Part shown: positions 51,276 to 64,000 of the stretch, in pieces | Position numbering within the stretch: position 1 is the stretch's first letter | How the letters are laid out: the number at the start of each line of letters is the position of its first letter | NCBI RefSeq assembly: GCF_006345805.1 | Contig: NC_043000.1 | Location: forward strand, 100,254,001 to 100,318,000 | From: Octopus sinensis | Taxonomy: Eukaryota | Direction: 5' to 3' | Length of the DNA stretch: 64,000 bases | Made by a program: the position numbers and the translations under genes | Notes under the pieces: model-generated | What the model was told of the DNA's origin: nothing | The model's database searches: none | What the model saw: the letters and a program-made list of their open reading frames with translations, nothing else

Positions 51276-53664
51276 TCTGTCGTACATGCATGCTTCACTG
51301 CCATATAGCATGGCTGTTTGTACACAGGCATCATACACTCTGCCTACTACTTACACATCATATTATTCATATATTATATAAATACATACACATAAATATA
51401 AGAGGGAATTTTTTACCACTATGTGGAAACCCTAATGCTAGAAGATCCGCTATGGTCTTAACCACTAAGAGTTGTTCTCTAGAAAATTTAGCAAGCACCA
51501 GAAACGTAAGCGAGCAAGACAAATGAAAAGTAACAAAAATATAGATTAATCATAAACAATTGTTTCACTATCAACAAATTACATAATTTTACTTACACAA
51601 TTTATCTGTAGATCTTCAGAATGATCGTCTATACAAAATATAATTTGCAGAACTTCACGCCAGACATCAACACGAGGTCGAAAATGCATGCAGTTCTACC
51701 TATTACATTTGTGGTTACTTTCAAAAGTCTTCGTTTAGGCACACTATATATATATATTTCACAGTTTCATAATACAAAACCGCTGTAATCATAGGTCTTT
51801 GTTTCTATCATATAAAGATCCTTGAATTTTTATAGAATTTTCAGCAATTACAAAAAGAATATAATTCCTTCAGACTTTTATTTTTGACTCCCCATTACTG
51901 TGTATGTAACTAACTGTTTATAGATATATGAAAATACATAAACACACATGTATATCTATAAACTATAGCACACGTGTATATATGAACATACACAAACACG
52001 CTGAAACAAAAGTGTAAAAAGAAAGTACATAAATATATATCTACATATATATGTATACACAAACATAGACCTACATTTGTGATGCATATATATTCCTATA
52101 TGTAATTATGGTTGTATGATGTATACGCTGTAACTTTTAATGGCATATTTTCATAGAAAAAATTTTGGGATTTGCTTTGAACATAAAACCTAAATCTGAA
52201 AAAAAACTTTTTTTTTTTGAAAAATTCTTTGCTAAGATTTTTGTCAAAAGGTTACAAAAATATAATTTTACAATTATTGAATATATACAACTTCAGTTAT
52301 TTATATATATTGAACATATACAACTTCAGTTATTTAGTACAGGTATTTTGCTCTTAAATTAAAAAAAAAGATCTTTTATAAAGAGAAATAAAAAACACAG
52401 ACTTCTTTTCTAAAAAAATGTATAATAAACAGATACAGAGATGGAGTGAGCCTGATCTTCTACAGTTGATTGTACACTCCAAAACAGATGAGAAGAAATT
52501 GAAAAACATTTTTGTCAGCTTCATAAAATCCTATGTTTAAAATACATAATTTAGGAGAGAGAAAAAAAAAACTGGTATTTGAACTTTAGAATAAAAAGGT
52601 GGTGTGAGATAGGATATTAAAATTCAAAAAGAAAATATTTTCAAAATGTTTTCTTTTCCCTCCGAAACGAAAAAAAAAAATTATAATGGGAGTTGCTTAG
52701 GAAACTGATTTTATATACCCCAACTAAATTCATATTCAAGATGTGTAATTTGTTTAATACCATGAATTGTTCATCACTGTTGGCTTAATCCAAATTGCTT
52801 GAATATATAATAATAGTTTTGCTACAGCCACTGATTTCTAAAATCATGAAGTCAGATATTTTTTTCAGTGTCTAGAAATTTTATCTGTGTCATGAAATTT
52901 TTCACGTAGATATATCTTCTCTGAATATGCAATGATTTTATTAAGTTCTATGGAGAGAAATATGCTGGAAAAATCATGAGATGTTTTATACTCCACTTGG
53001 ATGTTTTTAGATACATAGGTACGCACATACGTACATACATGGGCAACATATACAATTGACAGAGTACAATACTAGAAACATTGGAATAGACACAAAACTA
53101 AAGAGTTAACCATTGTAAGTGTCTACAGGTCATCATCATCATTTTACATCCACTTTCTACATTAGCATGGATTGAACAGTTTGACAGGATCCAACAGGTC
53201 AGAGGACCAGATAAGTTTTGGCATGGTTATTATGGCTGGATGCCTTTGCTAATAATGCTAACCACTTTACATACCACTGGATGCAATCTTTCATAGCACC
53301 AGCACAATACAAGTTGCCTTACCATCAGTTAGACTACAGTACTCTCTTAAGCTTTGTACTGTCACTGCTTCATTTACTAACTACTCACAGATAATATGGC
53401 ACTTGCACTGGTACTTTCAAGGCAAAAAGAGAGCCTCATGATGGATGGCATAAATTTATTGCTTTTTAGAGGATTGTCTTTAATCCTGTTTCATCATTAG
53501 GCTGCAGTCATGCTGGGGCACTGCTTTGAAGGGTTTAGCCACATAAATTGACGCTAGTACTAATTTAGGTCAGGTACTTATTTTCTGCTGTTAGTTTATG
53601 TCTGTTTTACTTTGCTGAACTGCAAAGAAAAGGGACAGTTGCTAAGCAATGGAGATGGTTGGGA

Positions 53665-53925
53665 CAAACACATTCTTTTACTTTATTCTTTTACACATTT
53701 CAGTCATTTGACTGCGGCCATGCTGAAACATCATCTTAAAGGGTTTTAGTTGAAGAAATCGACTCCAGGACATATTCTTTGTAAGCCTAGTACTTATTTT
53801 ATCAGCCTCTTTTGCCGAACTACTAAGTTATGAGGGATATAAAAACACCACTAGCCTAAGATGCTATGCAGTGGGACTGAACCTCGAACCTTGTGGTTAG
53901 GAAACAAACTTCTTACCACACATAG
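53665..53925. mobile_element. SINE fragment (cagtcatttgactgcggccatgctg family)
   Basis: Similar pieces at about 53480-53620 and 54735-55050. Confidence 0.6.
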
Positions 53926-55419
53926 GCTTCTACACAATTTTGTCTGCCACAGTCACTCACAAGTCACTGGTCAGCCCAGGGCTCTTGTTGCAAACATTTG
54001 CCAAAAATGTTTGTGCAGTGAGAATGCACATAGATGCAAAGTGTGTGTGGTTTGACAGCACAACCATGCCTACAACTATGGTAGTAAAAAGAAAAACAGA
54101 AGGAATACTGATAGGAGTAATGAAGGAAAGAAAGCAGAGGAAGAATAAAAATTTTTAAAAAACTCTTTTTAAAAGAAATTCTTTTCCAATTTATTTTGCT
54201 GAATTACAAGATAAATATACAGGAAAAACTAAAACCCATAAATAGAGAAAAATAATGCTCAGTAAAAATGCTAACAATGAATGGACAGATATTCAACATA
54301 AGCACACCAATTATCCAGCTGTAATTTTTTTTACATTTTTCTCAACAATTTCTTTGGTTTACTAAGTTTTCAACATGAAAGACTACGATTCTGAAAAAAA
54401 AATATTTTTCTGTAATTTGAGTTTTTGTAATTTTTGCTCCCCACTTAATTTTTGAATCTTTTCTTTGAATTTTCTTTTTCTATTTCCAATACGAAAAAAA
54501 AACCAAAAACAAAGATCACCATAATTCTGCAATAAGACGGGTTTTCTACCCTCAAAAATTCAGAGACAAAGTGCAAATGACAGAGCTAAATACACACTCC
54601 CAAGTTGGGCAAAGGTTTCTCACAGTAAAAACAGCTTTGGTGTTTGTCTTTCATGACAACACTGAGAAAAGAGGATTCTTTCAGTAAGTACCAAATTGAA
54701 CTTCTGAGACATTGGAAGCCACTATCATTTATCTTTTACCGGTTTCAGTCATTGGACTGTGGCCAAGTCGGAGCACTGTTTAGTCAAACAAATCAACACT
54801 AATTCATATTTATTTTTTAAGCATAGTACTTATTCTATTTGGTCTCTTTCACTGGACCAATAACTGATGAGGATGTAAACAAACTAAAACTAGTTGTCAA
54901 GTGGTAGCGAGGTGCACGAGCATATCTATGGCAGGCTTCTACACAGTTTTCATTTACTAAATCACATTGGTCAGCCCAAGGATATAGTTGAAGATACTTG
55001 CCCATGGTGATGTGAAGTGGGACTAAACCAGAAGTAAGGTTGCAAAGTGAGCTTCGTTTTGGGTGTAGATCAAAAGATGGATTAAATACGTGACTCAAGC
55101 AGTAAGATGAGATGATCCATGTAAAAGTGATGTATAGAGTCATATAGCATGTCCAGCAAAAAATGTGACAAAATGTCTAATTTTTTTTTTTTTGCAAATA
55201 TTATTTGGTTCTGGTTGCACACAAACATGGAAAAGAAAAAAGAAAACCACAAAGTTTTAAAATGAGGAACGGCAAAAAAATTTTTAATCGAATTTTAAAA
55301 AATTCCTAGGATTGTAATTCATGTTGAAAACACAGTTTAAAAAAAAAAGATTGATAAAACAATTACAGCGGGTTAAATGGTGTACTGAATCCGAAACTAT
55401 GCCGCTGAATATTATTACA

Positions 55420-56300
55420 TATAGATTCAGATCCAGAAGTCGACAACTACCGGAAACAGCCGAACAATGTCAACGTTCACATACGAAGCAAAGCGGGAAG
55501 ATTTCATATGAAATAGCACTCCAAACACCATAAGTAATAATTTTTAACGTTGGAAGGCTTTTACAACTTTATGGAGAAGGGAGAAAGTACATGACTGGCT
55601 TTCTATTTTAGTGACCCCGTTTTGCAATGGTACAAAACAAAAACAAACGTACGGTCGGAGGTTATAAACAAGCGCAGCATAATGAAGATGTAGAGTAAAA
55701 AAGCCCAAGAAAAAGTTTAAAAAAAACATCCGATAAACAGACAAAGAGCGACAGTGGAGTTAATTGGTGGAGAGAGAGAGAGAGAGCATTAAATATGTTA
55801 CTTACTTCCTGTTGGAACGAATTGTTCACAAGTCGCCAATGACAATGTTATTGGCGCAGACAATGAAGCAGACGACAGATAGTATTTTCATACTTTTAAC
55901 TTCATCGCTAAATGTTTACAAAAATTGTTTTCCTTAAAGATAAATTAACGTCTGCGAGTCACGGTAAGGTAAAATGTCTGACCGGAAGAAGAATTATTGC
56001 GCATGTGCGAAATCAAAACGAGGTTGCAACTCGATTTCTTTGACATACGGGAGAAATATTGTAATAATGATTGTTTATATATTTTCTAAGAAGCAATAAG
56101 ATATAAACTAATGACTAAAATCACAGATAAACTACCGGAAGTATTTATTCAAAAGGAAAATAAGGCTCAATGGAGAAAAGCAATCCTCTAGAGAAAGTGA
56201 GAGTATATACATCGACCTATTTTTCTTAACCAACAACAGCCTCTGCCTCAGAAGTCGTTAGTTTCCCTGCCTTCAACTGTATTTCTACGCTGTAACCTAC
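55420..56300 (-). promoter_or_regulatory. Promoter/first-exon cassette 2
   Basis: ACCGGAAG at 55981-55988, GCGCATGTGCG at 55999-56009, donor at 55806/55805; donor-to-ETS spacing 175 bp, identical to cassette 1. Confidence 0.7.
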
Positions 56301-57499
56301 CCTTTCCCCAAGACTGACATTCAGGACTCTTAGCTAGATACGACACCCACAACCAATATATATATTTTTGAAAGGAACATCAAAAACGAAATGACTGAGC
56401 ATCACATGATTTCAGCGTTTTTATTTAGTATATTTGTAAGAAATTGAATACGAATTAATTTCATAATTTATATCTCATTGCAGAATGTCTCCATCTAAAT
56501 TTAATTGGATTTTTATTGGAAACTCATCTCATGTTTCAAAGAGCTTTTGAGTAATACAAAAACCCACTAGGGAGCATGGCAAACCTCAAGCATGAACCAA
56601 GAAGGAACTTCTACATAGTCTTTTGACCTTTCAAATACAGGAACCAAATCCCTCTCAAATCACACCCTAGCATTTGAAAAGGAAAAAAATGCATATAAGA
56701 AAAATGTACAACGGAAATGGAAAGGTTATGACTGAAATGTCTTATCATGGCTCTGCTGGATCACCATCTTCAGAATAAACAGTAAAAACCAAGAGCTAGA
56801 CTTAACAACAAAACATTCATGACCATTACTACCAAACATGGTACAACTTACCAAAACGAGAGGTTATGAAAGCATCAAAGAAATGCAAATATTCAGACAT
56901 TTATTGATGTTCAGTATTTTTACGCAATGACAGCGTTTATTTACTTAATCTTGCTAACATCAAGTAACATGAAATAAGAAATTGAAAATACAAACAAGTT
57001 TAGTCATCTGAATTAGAAGCTAAACTCCAATTTTGGGGTATAAATATAAGAATAGAATTCCTAAAAGATTATAGATTGATCTTTACACTAACTTAAATGT
57101 TGGTCATACGAAACCTTGCAAATCATAAGAAAATAAAGTGCTGCCTGCTACTATTACTTTCATTTAAATGTACTGTGATCAATGAATGACTTTGAGGGAC
57201 ATCTGAAGAAACTATAAGTATAAAGCAATAGAAAGCTTCTCAATATAAAATTGGTATTGGAGACAAGATTATAGCTGCATGATTTCAAGCTCAATCTCAC
57301 TGCACAGCATCTTGGGCAAATGCCAGCTTTAGACTGGTCAATGCTTTATAAGAGGAATTCAGAAGATGAAAACAGTAGAGAAGTCTGTCATATATACATG
57401 TATACTAGGTATTTGTGGACATAACTTTTAGATAACAATGTTATGTGACATAAGCAGAAACTTTAACTTTCTTATTTCTCTTTCAGACACACCAACAGC

Positions 57500-58250
57500 A
57501 AGACCATAACACATTCCAGTCTGAAACAGGAAATGAAAAGGCATGTTGTGCTTGTAATTCTTGCTGCTAACCACAGTGCCTGGAGGTCATAAGCTTCTGG
57601 AAAAAGTTGGATGTATCATCTGTGGCCAAGACGAAAATGCATATTCTGCAACAGGACATCATCAGGATGGTCAAGTTCAAACAGCAGATCTTTGAGATCA
57701 TCAACAGCAAGCCAAATTTAGTGAAGACCACAGTCAAGGATCTCACTATCAGTTTGGTGCACAAAGGTATCAGGCATAAGTCCAGTATAATGAGGAAGGC
57801 CAGGTCATGTCTAGTAAGACCAGATAACAATGTGATCCAGTGAAACTGCTCATGAACAAGCTTAAACACTTCAAGAATCCCATTATGCTATGGTTCTTTA
57901 TTGATGAAAAGGATTTTGATGAGGACCACAAGGTGAACAAGAATGACAACTAAAAGAATAGGTCTAGAAATGGTTCCATGTTTCCCAGCAAAACTCTTGT
58001 TTCCTCTCACATGATCTTTGCAACCCTGGATTGGCTGGCCAAGAATTTTCATGATCATGTGATTCTAATTATGTACTAAATTAGTTCTCCTGATCTGAAC
58101 CCTCAAGGTTACTACATCTGGGGGATTGCTAGCCAGGAGGCCAAATGGCTTTACACCACTTATGGAGTAGTCATGTCATTTATGTCCTGTATAAACAGAA
58201 TACCAAGCAGTGCTTTGACAGGCAAAGACATGGAGATAGTGAGATGGTGA
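57500..58250 (+). mobile_element. Degenerate maT/Tc1-like transposase relic
   Basis: DEKDFDEDHKVNKND and SSPDLNPQGYYIWG motifs. Confidence 0.7.
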
Positions 58251-58299
58251 AACTATTTGGCTTGAAGTGAGTTATATGTTTGTCACTCAAGCATTCCAA

Positions 58300-59000
58300 G
58301 AAAATATCGTAACCTATGTATCATGAACTGCTACAAGAGTAAAGCATTAGAAAGAAGAAACCATGGAAAAGCTATAAAATTAGTGGAAGTGCTCCTGATT
58401 AAAAAGAAAATTAGCCTAGATAAGATGCAGTTTGGTTTTGTTACAAGACAAGATACCAATGCCTCTGTACTCTGGTGGTCATTAAAAGAAACTTGTGATA
58501 GCTAAATGGTTTGTGAAGGCCATGTAAAGCATGCAGAGTGATGCTGTTAGGAAAGTGTCAATTAATTAAATATTAGGTTAACAGATTGGTGTCCATCAGA
58601 ACTCAATTATCAACTCTCTTTTGAGTTGATGAATGGTTTCCTGTGGGAATTCTAGTGTGCTGATGTTTTAGCTCTTATAAGATGATGATGGTGAGAAAAA
58701 AATTCTACGTCTGAAAGCAAAATCTAGAATTCAGAGGCTTTAAAGTGAATTTAGCAAAAACAACATTTCTAGTAAACATAAAAGACAGAACTCTATTGTT
58801 TTGGGAAAGTGGCCAAGCATACTATTTAGAGGAATAGAAATAAATTCTTTAGGATGTATCAAATGTCAACTATGGACACACAAAAGAGCCACAGGCAAGC
58901 TAACAGGAGAATTAAACCTTGTATGAGGCATTTAAATAGGAACAGTTATCAGTTAAAGTACATGTGAAACAGATTATCCATTCAAATGTTTAGAAATCTG
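58300..59000 (+). mobile_element. Highly degenerate RTE RT fragment
   Basis: LDKMQFGFV, ggtttcctgtgggaattctagtgtgctgatg (GCPWELLYADD-like). Confidence 0.55.
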
Positions 59001-61014
59001 TCCAAAGACAATAGAGAATGAATGATAGCTATTGATAGAAATTATGTCAAGAGAGTGTGATTGATGTTAATAAGTGACCAAACGACGAGAAGCAGTTAGT
59101 AGTATAGAAGTGGTAAAGTTAGCTGCTTAGAAAGAGCATGAGTAATTGATGGCAAAGATGGTGATAGAGAGTGCTGGATGTCAATAATAGAATTACCTGG
59201 AGGAGAGGAAGTGACCACAAGCAGCATGATGGTAAAAGGAGACGTGTATGAGAGACCAATTGATCTGGTGCAAATCTACACAAGCAAAAGTGAATGCATG
59301 TTTTTTGCAATTTGCATGTTGAATTCAAAGAGTAGCATACTTGTATAAAATTATGCTTGAAATTGCAAAAAAACCTTTTATGGAGACTTTTCTTATGTTG
59401 CAGCAACCCTACAGGGAGGATTGTCTGAATTCTAAACAATGTCATAAGTAGTACCAGTGGGTTTCAAATCAAGAACATCCATTAGAAATGGTCAGAAATC
59501 TGGATGATATTTCTTCCAAAACAAAATATGATGATCACATTACCAAAGAGCAAGCAAATCTGTGAAAATCGTTTCCTGACAACCCATTAAATTTCCCAAG
59601 TAACAATGCAAATGTAATCATTTGAATCATAAATTTAAAAGAAAAATTGAAAATACAGCATGTTGCAATGGAATTTGAGCCACATCTGCTGACAGAAAAA
59701 CAACAAAAAAATAGAAGAATGGGGATACAATCAGGAGCATTTTAATTAATTAAATGCTGATGCAAACTATCTGAAAAATGTTTTTAACAGGTGAAAAAAT
59801 GTAAATGCACAGCTACAATGTTGAAACAAATATTGTCATAGTGGTATGGACCATTATGTCCATGACCAAAACAAAGAACATCAATGGTTATATTTTCCTG
59901 GACTACATGGTTGGCTGACTATGAGTGATCAACACATGACTTTCTTAGAACCCCAAAATTTAAGATTTGATAGTCTTTTTTCTAGTGGAAGGGAGTTGTT
60001 CCTTGTGTGTTTGTTCCATATGGTCAGATAATCAATAATTCCAATGGTCTGAGGCAATAGGCAAACAGAGTGCTCAACCACCAAACAACTGCTCAAGCAT
60101 CACTACCTATCAGAGAATTTTTGGTAAAGCTCATGATTACTCTTCAGATAAGTCCCTTTTCCCAGTTTTATTTCCAAAGTTGAAGTCCATCCTAAAAGGT
60201 AGCAATTCTTCTTTTGTCACTTGTTGGGTCTAGAATGAAAAGCAGAGCCCATGACTTTTGAGGTTCCCCGAGACTTTGTGAAATTCATATCCTTAATGTT
60301 CAGGTTAAACTGTTGCAGGACAACACCTGCGGAAAAAGCACGAGCATGTAGAAGATTCTAGAAGGCTTATGTTCTGAGGTTGAAGGATTGGGATCAGAGA
60401 TTAATGTGAGAAAAAGGGTGGTTAGATGTACAAAGGGTACCAAGAGCTGGGGAGACAAGTGGGACAGTGGTACCTGAGTAGCAGAGGTAAGAGGCTGGCC
60501 AGAGCTGAAGAACAGAGACCATTATAGTTGTGATAGGTTAGAGAAGAAACAACATGCCTGTGGGCCAAACGCTGGAGTGTATCTATTTGCAAAGGAATGT
60601 CAATCAGCAGTGAGGCTCTTCTACAGGTATGATCCAGGATGCCAGTGTTTGTAGCAGCACCATACCAATTTTGGGAGCAGTATTCTGTTGTGGGAATTAC
60701 TTAAGCCTTGCAGAGTATCATATGTTGTTGGGGGCTAAAGAGAAGGGCAAGTTCTTGGGATGCTGTCCTAACTATGCTATGGATATGCTTTTTGCCAGGA
60801 ATGATCTTCAGATATAGTGAGGCCTAACACTTGGGGAGATTGAGAAGGCTCAAGTTGAGTGCCACTCATAATTTAGAGAGATGGGGATGTAAACAAACCA
60901 AAATCAGCTGTCAAGCAATAGTGAATAGGGCAACCACAAACACATATATACACATATTCACACAAGTATGCGTGTTAGGTTAAAAACTTCATCTCCAAAT
61001 ATATACTCTTAGCA

Positions 61015-61520
61015 TTATCATCATCATTTAACGTCTCTTTACCATGTTGGCATGGGTTGGACAGTTTGACAGGAGCTGGCCAGCCAGGTAGCTGTCCAAG
61101 CTCCAATTGTCTATGTTGGCAGCGTTTCTACAGCTGGATGCCTTTCCTAATGCCAACCATTTTACAGAGTGTGCTGGGTGCTTTTTACATGGCACCAGCA
61201 CCTGTGAAGGACAAACCTGTATGGATGACAGTGATGTTACTTAGCTTGACGCGTCTTCTCAAGAACAGCAAATCACCACAACTTCCAGTATCCTTGTCAT
61301 TTCCTCACTAAGGCCCAGCATCTGAAGACCCTTTCTCACCATTTCGTCCCACATCTTCCTGGGTCTATCCCTTCCACAGGTTCCCTTCACAAGTAGAGAT
61401 CAGCACTTCATTAAGCAGCTGTCCTCATCCATATGCATCACATGAACAAATCAGTGCCGTCTTCTCTCTTGCACACATCTGATGCTTCTTGTAACCAGTT
61501 TTCCTCAATCTTTTTCGTTT
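61015..61520 (-). mobile_element. RTE LINE 3' end with tail
   Basis: Same organisation as 50805-51275. Confidence 0.8.
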
Positions 61521-61659
61521 GTACACACATTCACGTAAGCGTGTGTCTAAAGTATTTCACGGAAAGGATGGACAAGATGTTACGAGGATGAAACGTACGT
61601 AAAAATCAACGCGCGGGGTGAGAAAAGATTGAAATTTTGAAATTGAAGACATTAAAAAA

Positions 61660-62390
61660 AAATTATTTTACGATTTGTCAAGAAAAAAAATCAATGTCGA
61701 TAAAATAATTTGGCGAACCTTCGGTATATGTACCGGATATATTTCAAAAAAGTGTTTTTCTTTTATATATGGGGCGGGTTATGGTTAGGGGTGGGAGAAA
61801 AGGGTTTCTGTTATCTTCAGAAATGTAAACAAAGTCACGTGTGTACATATACTGAAGCATCGCCAATAATTTTAAAAATTGGAATTCGGTAATTCGCTAA
61901 GCTAAATATATCCACATACTTATTTTCAGTTACTGCAAAATAAGATCTAGAAGTCGACGGCTTCCGGAGATACCCAAACAAAGTCATTTAAGTTTACGAT
62001 GAGCAAAGTGGAAGAGTTTCGTAGGAAATTACACAACATCGACGATATTAGGTTCATTAGCCAATAAAAAAAAAACTTCCATCTCTATTTTGGAGAAAAT
62101 TTTTTTAAATTCTTTTACGATTTATTAAATAAGGAAAAAAAATCAATGTAGATAAAATAATTTTTTTAAATTGGAATTCAGTAATTCGCAATGGTAAATA
62201 TATCCGAATATTGTCTAACTTTCAGTTACTGCAAAATAAGATCCAGAAGTCGACGACTTCCGGAGATACCCGAACAGGTCACATGAGTTTACGATGAGCA
62301 AAGTGGAAGGGTTTCGTAGGAAATGACACATCGACGATATTAGTTCATTAGCCAATAAAAAATTTCCATCTTTTATTTAGACACAAAAGA
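61660..62390. repeat. Tandem duplication of the intronic element of cassette 3
   Basis: ttggaattc..ttcagttactgcaaaataagatc.agaagtcgacg.cttccggagatacc...gttcattagccaataaaaa occurs at about 61880-62070 and again at about 62170-62365. Confidence 0.9.
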
Positions 62391-63130
62391 TTGCTCACTT
62401 GTTTGGAACTTCGGTGATCAATTTATGTAAGGTTGCTTGTTTTGTTTCAATAAAATTTTAAAAAAATACACATATAGGTCAAAGGTGTAAGAAAAAAACA
62501 ATCATTATAAACGCGAAGAAAATGTTATAAAAATAATCTGACAGAGATACGAAGAGACAGATTTGAGCCAATTAGTAAATTCGAGAGAGTGGAGAAACGA
62601 AACATTACTTACTTCCTGTTGCCAATGGCTTGTTTATAAGATGACGTCGAGAACGTTGTTGATGCAGACGATCGAACAGACGGCATATAATGTTTTCTTA
62701 CTTTGACTCCATCACCGAATATATATATATATTTATATATATATGTTTAATTTGTTTATCTTAGAAGTAAGTTACCGTACATATGTGTCAGGCGAGAAAA
62801 TGTCTGACCGGAAGAGGAATTAAAGCGCATGTGTAAAATGAAAACGAGGCTGGTCATTGATTCGTTGAGTGACAAGGAAAATATTATAATGAGTAATTGT
62901 ATATTTCCTGTGAAGAAATGACAGCAAACGTGTAGAAAACGGTATTTATTTTAAACGACCAATAGAAAAAATACTTCTTAGAAAAAAGCTTAAGCCGACC
63001 TATCTTTCTCTCTGTCAACAATGTTTATCCGATCGATCGGATTACATGTCATATCGCCACCAAAAGAAGGTCAACTTGAAAATAGCCACATTGCATATGA
63101 CACCAACGAATAAATCACAACAACGAGTGC
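62220..63130 (-). promoter_or_regulatory. Promoter/first-exon cassette 3 (distal)
   Basis: ACCGGAAG at 62807-62814, GCGCATGTGT at 62825-62834, donor at 62613/62612; shared ttacatgtcata and acgaataaatcac blocks upstream. Confidence 0.68.
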
Positions 63131-63619
63131 AATGTTTCACCCACAATGTAATGCCATTTAAACACCCCTCCGAACAGTCGTTGATTGAGTTTAAGGCTCA
63201 CGTGACTTCACTGATTTATTTTCCCCCACACCCCACATTTTTTACGTATTCTTGCATACGTCTACATGTAAGTGGTATTGAAACAGAGTGTTATTCAAGA
63301 CATTAAGAAGAATACTGAAGATTTTGTCTTATCTTGTTCCTATCAAAAGACTCTAAGCAATAAGTCAGGAAGTCACAGACACCTGACAACCCCTGGCAAA
63401 AGTTAAAATGTGGCTCACTATTATGATCATCTTGAGTTCTACATCCACTTTCCTTGCTGGCGTAAATTGGCTGCGTAATTTCTGCTCTACTACATTGGTC
63501 AGAAGACCCATTATTTTTGGCATGGTTTTTTTACAGCTAGATGCCCTTCCTAACACCAACCACTTTACAGTGTTGTTAACAGAAAGGCATGTGGATGTAG
63601 AAAATCTGCCTCAATGAGT

Positions 63620-64000
63620 TTCATGTGCCCCAAGCAAGCTTGGAGAAGTGGCTGATAAAATGACGATGATGATAATAACATGTGTATATGGACTGTGACT
63701 GCATAAGCTTGAAAGAAAGGAAGCTAGTATGCTTTGCTGGATGTGCAATGCCAGTGTGCATCAACGACAGAGTGTAAGCATCTTGAGAGAAAAGCTGGGC
63801 AAAAGAGGCATCAGATGTGCTGTGCAAGACTGCATTGGTATGGTCATGTGATGCATATGGGTGTGGACAGTTGTGTGAAGAAGTGCCGATCTCTACAAAT
63901 GGAAGGAAGCTGTGGGAGACGGAGACCCAGGAAAACATGGCATGATCTTCAAATGCCAGGCCTCATGGAAGCAATGACTAGTGACCGAGACCTTTGGCAA
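63620..64000 (+). mobile_element. RTE LINE ORF 3' fragment
   Basis: LERKEASMLCWMCNASVHQRQSVSILREKLG..GIRC...WYGHVM...GRRRPRKTW. Confidence 0.8.

Noticed and set aside
52442-52481. TGGAGTG/CACTCCA hairpin
   Set aside because: Only a 7-bp stem, with no second hairpin or ACA box; expected by chance.
52140-55360. Clusters of A/T homopolymer runs (52.1-52.7, 54.1-54.5, 55.2-55.4 kb)
   Set aside because: No periodicity or structure; may be low-complexity intron or lower consensus accuracy.

Overview
AT-rich animal genomic DNA. The repeat content (Meta-type tRNA SINEs, RTE LINEs and RTE-tail elements ending in (GAT)n, Tc1/mariner, Penelope, Helitron-like elements, many microsatellites) points to a cephalopod, most likely Octopus; this is inference. 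One protein-coding gene is clearly supported, on the minus strand. It has a ~6.2 kb exon (14334-8112) encoding a ~2070-aa S/T/P-rich disordered region with SUMO-consensus sites, a basic NLS-like tail, two coding minisatellites and an array of (T/S/C/N)QT motifs resembling LC8/DYNLL1 sites. A few small upstream exon candidates can be proposed but not assembled with certainty. The most unusual feature is three paralogous promoter/first-exon cassettes at about 43.9, 55.8 and 62.6 kb. Each has ETS-like and NRF1-like motifs, an invariant CAGGAA|GTAAGT donor and a palindromic double-ETS intronic element. No paralogous gene body is visible between them, which suggests a tandem array of alternative first exons feeding one gene. 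The remainder is mostly transposon relics.
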